From: a virus
Lineage: Duplodnaviria > Caudoviricetes
DNA: 64,000 nt
Virus record (IMG/VR): IMGVR_UViG_2974666281_000001
Span: 64,001 to 128,000 of that record
Strand: one strand, 5' to 3'
The notes under the pieces are model-generated. The model searched no databases, was not told where the DNA came from, and worked only from the letters and a program-made list of their open reading frames with translations. Below, in pieces: positions 60,041-64,000 of the stretch. How positions within the stretch are numbered: position 1 is the first letter of the stretch; the number at the start of each line of letters is the position of its first letter. The position numbers were made by a program, and so were the translations under genes.

Positions 60041-62141
60041 ATCCTTGGATAAATTTCTCAGGAATATCTGAAAGGTCAATAAATGAAGCTAAAAGGCCAA
60101 GTGATTCATTAGCTTTCTTACGTACGTTAGAAGAAGCGAAAGATGCAAATGATACCAGACCTTCCGGTTCATCCATAGCAACCAACTCGCCAGATTCTAT
60201 CAAAGCATCACCGTCATATACTACTGCTTCATCGAGTTGTTCTGAAGTCATGACTTCTGCTTGGATGAATTTTTGGTTGCTGTATTCAATGCCATCATTA
60301 TATGAAGCATCGGTGATTTTGTTAATCTTAAGCATAGTACCACGTGGGAGAATGATTTCCATTTCATGAGGCATATGACTTACATCACCAGGATAAACCA
60401 CATTGATTTTATGAGCACCTTCAATAGCCCAACCAACAGAAACTTTAACTTCAGTTTCACCTTTTTCTTGGCTTAATCTAATGTTATGACCTTTGATTAC
60501 AGCGTCTTCAGTACCGCCATCTATATTCAATACGTCTCGAGTATTATCCGAAGTCATCGCTACACCTAAGTTACCTTTCCAACCACCAAAGATGATAGGC
60601 ATCAAAGACGTAGAAACATAATTTCGGAAATAGAAAACTCTGTTTTTAACTAACGAATCGTAAATAGGCTTTCTGATAGTTTGTGCTCGCCATAAGGTCA
60701 AACCTTCTGGAATACGGTCACCCTTTTTAAAAGCGTCATCAAGATTTTTAATTGCAGTAGTGACTTCTTTTGCTTCCATAGTTTCTCTAGAAGTCTCATC
60801 ATATCTGCCTAAAAGCATATTGTTAATATCATAATAGCCAGAACCACAATATTCTTTTATACCACGTTTTTCTGCTGGGGTATATTGTTTAGGGGTACGC
60901 ATCATAGTAATATGATGAATATTCTGAGATACGTTTTTAGCATAACCTTGAAGAGCATCTTTAATAAGCTTAACTCGACTTATATTCCACATTTTCAATG
61001 CCATAGCTTCTTTATCTTCACGACTAAAATGCATAGGCGCATCATTAAGATGCTTTTCAACAAAGTTGTGTTTATACTCTTCAACTTTATCAAGAATCGT
61101 TTGGGTAAAGGCTTGCATACTTTCAACTGAAGTTAAATTGGCATCACCAATTCGTTTTTCTAGCTCTTTTTGAATAGTTGGTTCTAGTTTTTCTGCTTGG
61201 GATGGTTTAAGACCTGTCAATTCACTGATTCGCCAAGAAATAGAACTAGCCGCTAATGCAGAAGAATGAGATTTGGCTGCTTTAGACGTCAAATTAATGA
61301 CAATTTCTTCAGCTTCTGGAATTACTTCAGCCGATGCTGGTCGACTGAATTCGGCAGCTGTAGTTTCGTATTCTTCAAATTTTGAAGGGTCTAAAATTAC
61401 ATCAGTCGGTAAAGATTGTGAACTAGCAATAGCTCGTCGTGAAACCTTAGTACGATTAATGATTGCACGGTCAGTACGATCTTTTTCAATCTCAGCGATA
61501 GAACCGGCAATAGCTTCTTCTTTAGTTACGTTATTGCCTGTTTTCTTGGAAACAAACACATCGCCAACTTGGGATTCAACTTTAGTATATAAATCAGTAT
61601 TGATTTCAGGGATGCCAGAGATATCCTCTAGACCACGAGCCTTACGATAGATGAATACATATGCATGCTTAGCTGTAAAGTTATACAGAGCGTCTAGCAC
61701 TTTAAATTGTCCACCAGTACGAGCCATCACTAAACGGTTCATGATACGTTGGACTGTTTTCTCTTGCCCTTTCATTTTCTTAGCTGGGAATCGGAACATC
61801 ACAGCATCCATACGATTCTTTTTAACAACTGCATAAACAGTATCGAAAATCGTATTTAACGCACCAACAGGGTCAGAACCTAAACCACCTTTGAGTTCAG
61901 CAGGAGTTCCTTTATCGCTTAATGACATCAGGATAACGTGAGCGTATTTATCACCTTGTTTAACCTGTTTAATAGCATCGCCTTGGGATAGATATGAAAC
62001 CATACGTGCAACGAGCTTATCGTTACCTGGAACTTTAACAGCCCATAGCTGTGGTACTTTAGCCTTAGGGTTCAAGTTAATGACAGGATAATTCTTTTCT
62101 GAATCACTATCAAAAACTTCAACCAATAAATTATCAGTCAT
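60039..62141 (-). CDS. alt: Virion-borne RNA polymerase ADP-ribosyltransferase Alt
   Basis: R-S-E motifs LWRAQ, YVSTS, EMEIILPRG; EYCGSGY.DIN; 700 aa intact. Confidence 0.95.
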   Translation of the reverse strand: MTDNLLVEVFDSDSEKNYPVINLNPKAKVPQLWAVKVPGNDKLVARMVSYLSQGDAIKQVKQGDKYAHVILMSLSDKGTPAELKGGLGSDPVGALNTIFDTVYAVVKKNRMDAVMFRFPAKKMKGQEKTVQRIMNRLVMARTGGQFKVLDALYNFTAKHAYVFIYRKARGLEDISGIPEINTDLYTKVESQVGDVFVSKKTGNNVTKEEAIAGSIAEIEKDRTDRAIINRTKVSRRAIASSQSLPTDVILDPSKFEEYETTAAEFSRPASAEVIPEAEEIVINLTSKAAKSHSSALAASSISWRISELTGLKPSQAEKLEPTIQKELEKRIGDANLTSVESMQAFTQTILDKVEEYKHNFVEKHLNDAPMHFSREDKEAMALKMWNISRVKLIKDALQGYAKNVSQNIHHITMMRTPKQYTPAEKRGIKEYCGSGYYDINNMLLGRYDETSRETMEAKEVTTAIKNLDDAFKKGDRIPEGLTLWRAQTIRKPIYDSLVKNRVFYFRNYVSTSLMPIIFGGWKGNLGVAMTSDNTRDVLNIDGGTEDAVIKGHNIRLSQEKGETEVKVSVGWAIEGAHKINVVYPGDVSHMPHEMEIILPRGTMLKINKITDASYNDGIEYSNQKFIQAEVMTSEQLDEAVVYDGDALIESGELVAMDEPEGLVSFASFASSNVRKKANESLGLLASFIDLSDIPEKFIQG

Positions 62142-62173
62142 AGTGTTACCTTTAGCAGTTTATTATGTACTCG

Positions 62174-62205
62174 TATTTATGCCCGAAAGGAGCCCGAAGG
62201 CTCCT
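62174..62205 (-). promoter_or_regulatory. Terminator hairpin plus late promoter of alt
   Basis: AGGAGCC-TTCG-GGCTCCT-TTCGGG then CATAAATA. Confidence 0.8.
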
Positions 62206-62206
62206 A

Positions 62207-62389
62207 TTACATTGGCATTAAAGTTCGATAAACTTCAAAATACATTGTTTTTTCGTATGTATCTAATCGGTCGCTAAAAGTAATATAAGCATTATAGTCT
62301 TTAAAATCTAGAACTATTTGAGAACAAGAGGTGGAAACATCTCCACCTGCTTTACGAGCAACAACAATTGTTTCTAAGTAAGCTTTCAT
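62207..62389 (-). CDS. alt.1: Alt.1 homolog
   Basis: MKAYLETIVVA...GGDVSTS.SQI...FEVYRTL. Confidence 0.88.
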   Translation of the reverse strand: MKAYLETIVVARKAGGDVSTSCSQIVLDFKDYNAYITFSDRLDTYEKTMYFEVYRTLMPM

Positions 62390-63882
62390 TTGATACCTGT
62401 CGTTTCAGTAAAGTCGCCAAACACTTCGTCGAAGGTATCAGCTTTAGTTTTATCAAAACGCCAGCCTTTAATAATCGGCAAGAAGATACCAACAGTACCA
62501 TCTTTACGACCTTCAGACGTTACCCAACCATTACACTCACAGTCAGCAATACGTCCTACTAATTTACCTTCGCGAGCTAATTTCATTAGATATTCACGGT
62601 CCATTTCATCACGAGCTGAAATAGGAATATCTACCCATTTTTTGGTTTTCTTATCGCGAACACGAGTTGTGTCTGTGAAACCAGAACCACAGTCAGTAGT
62701 AATACGGCCACAAGATGAACGAAGTCGGACACCACCTATTTTGTTAGGGTCTTTGGAATGAGCATAATAATCCACTACTTCAAGAGCAATATCGATTACT
62801 TCTTTAAACTTAACTAAGTTCTTAGAACGCTTGTTTTCCCAATAAGAAGCCATGTTCTTCAGGATAATACCTTCAAGCTTCATGTCTACATATTTTTTGT
62901 AAACTGCAGCAGCTTCTTCGAGGTTATTAACCCAATGGTTTTCAATCAAGATAACAGAATCATAGCCTTCAATTATTAATTCAAGAGCTTTGAATCGAAC
63001 GTCGTATTTGAAGCCTTTAATTGTTCCTTCAGAATAAACTTCATCAAGAGGAACCAAGTCCCAAACCTGGAACTTCATACCAGCAGCTTCTTCTTTAGAA
63101 ATAGTGCCTTTCAGAGACTTATTAGCCAGCCCGTTTGAAGTACTACGGTCGACAACAGCTTCTTCAGTTTCTTCTTCCTCGCCAAACAAGAAGTCTAACG
63201 CAGCATCTGATGTTTTTTTAGCAGGAGCATGATAAACCAATTCACCATCTACCATAACACCACTAGGATGTTTCAGACGTTCTTCTTTAGTCATTTCCAT
63301 AAGCTCAGAAGCTAACAGATCAAGACCTTGGTATTCATTACCAGCTCGACTATAGAAAGTTACCCCATCATCAGTTACTTCAGCAAAACAACGTGCGCCA
63401 TCGGCTTTAAGTTGGGCAAATGCCGGGAACTTGATATGTTTCTTGATGAGCTTTTCATCATAAGCAGAAGCCAACATCTGAGGCTGCTGTGGAATCAAGT
63501 TCTTCCATACACGGTTAGGTAAGGTAACACCTGCACCACACTCAAGGTCACGCATCATTACACGACGCAAGACTTCAGTGTCGCCTTCTTCAGCATTATT
63601 CAGATCATAGATAACCATAGCTAAATGGTCAATAGCCTTTTGCCCAGACAGAGCACGTGTAGCTAATTTTTGTTCTAAGAAATCTAAAGCTGAAGTTAAT
63701 GTTTGAATACCACGAGTTGGTATAGCTTCAGGCCATTTCTTGATGCCATAATTGAAGCGTTTAGAATAAGCCATTAAGAAAACACGTTTCAGCAGTTCAT
63801 TATCTTTTTCGCGTTCTAAGATAGCTTGTTTTCCGTTAATGGAATCAGTTCCTGCGATTTCATTCAAAATTTGTAGAATCAT
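62386..63882 (-). CDS. 30: ATP-dependent DNA ligase
   Basis: AQLKADGAR; DGELV; EGIILKN; WENKRSKNL.KFKE. Confidence 0.98.
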   Translation of the reverse strand: MILQILNEIAGTDSINGKQAILEREKDNELLKRVFLMAYSKRFNYGIKKWPEAIPTRGIQTLTSALDFLEQKLATRALSGQKAIDHLAMVIYDLNNAEEGDTEVLRRVMMRDLECGAGVTLPNRVWKNLIPQQPQMLASAYDEKLIKKHIKFPAFAQLKADGARCFAEVTDDGVTFYSRAGNEYQGLDLLASELMEMTKEERLKHPSGVMVDGELVYHAPAKKTSDAALDFLFGEEEETEEAVVDRSTSNGLANKSLKGTISKEEAAGMKFQVWDLVPLDEVYSEGTIKGFKYDVRFKALELIIEGYDSVILIENHWVNNLEEAAAVYKKYVDMKLEGIILKNMASYWENKRSKNLVKFKEVIDIALEVVDYYAHSKDPNKIGGVRLRSSCGRITTDCGSGFTDTTRVRDKKTKKWVDIPISARDEMDREYLMKLAREGKLVGRIADCECNGWVTSEGRKDGTVGIFLPIIKGWRFDKTKADTFDEVFGDFTETTGIK

Positions 63883-63890
63883 AATATGTC

Positions 63891-63998
63891 CTATCGACCA
63901 GATTGATTTCTATTATAAGCCACTTCTTCGTTCAGCAAGTCTAACCGTTTGTGATATGAAATCAACAGTTGGTTGCCTTCGCGGAACAGTGTACGCTC
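63891..63998 (-). CDS. 30.1: gp30.1 homolog, 3' end only (truncated by window edge)
   Basis: Hand translation ...TLFREGNQLLISYHKRLDLLNEEVAYNRNQSGR*; synteny upstream of 30. Confidence 0.6.
   Translation of the reverse strand, partial: ERTLFREGNQLLISYHKRLDLLNEEVAYNRNQSGR
63912..63938 (-). promoter_or_regulatory. Middle promoter of gene 30
   Basis: TTGCTGAA-N13-TATAAT. Confidence 0.65.
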
Positions 63999-64000
63999 AT

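Overview
This window is 64 kb of a T4-like lytic myophage genome (Straboviridae/Tevenvirinae type, with T4-style early GTTTAC, MotA-box middle and TATAAATA late promoters). It is collinear with T4 from gene e (lysozyme, cut by the left edge) to gene 30/30.1 (right edge). Bases 1-12,000 (minus strand) are a plastic accessory region. It holds nudE, e.2-e.6-like membrane and PspA-like genes, a Pol-beta-like nucleotidyltransferase preceded by two small proteins ending in W-x(1-2)-SS-(x)-C, and two capsid-targeted internal proteins. It also holds a 17-tRNA array interleaved with about six non-tRNA structured RNAs, a gp30.3-like NADAR and a stand-alone YadA-type anchor protein. Bases 12,000-64,000 are the conserved virion module (57B/Acb1, 57A, 1-4, 53, 5-24, rnlB, hoc, inh, uvsW/Y, 25-29, 48, 51, 54, alt, 30). 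Departures from T4 there are an HNH endonuclease between genes 18 and 19, five tandem foldon repeats in fibritin, a SLOG/DprA-like gene coupled to rnlB, and a single-Ig Hoc. The best candidates for undescribed biology are the nucleotidyltransferase plus SS-Cys peptide module, the non-tRNA RNAs in the tRNA operon, and the minimal trimeric-autotransporter anchor. Gene names come from my recall of T4 proteins plus synteny, not from database searches. RNA structures were folded by eye.
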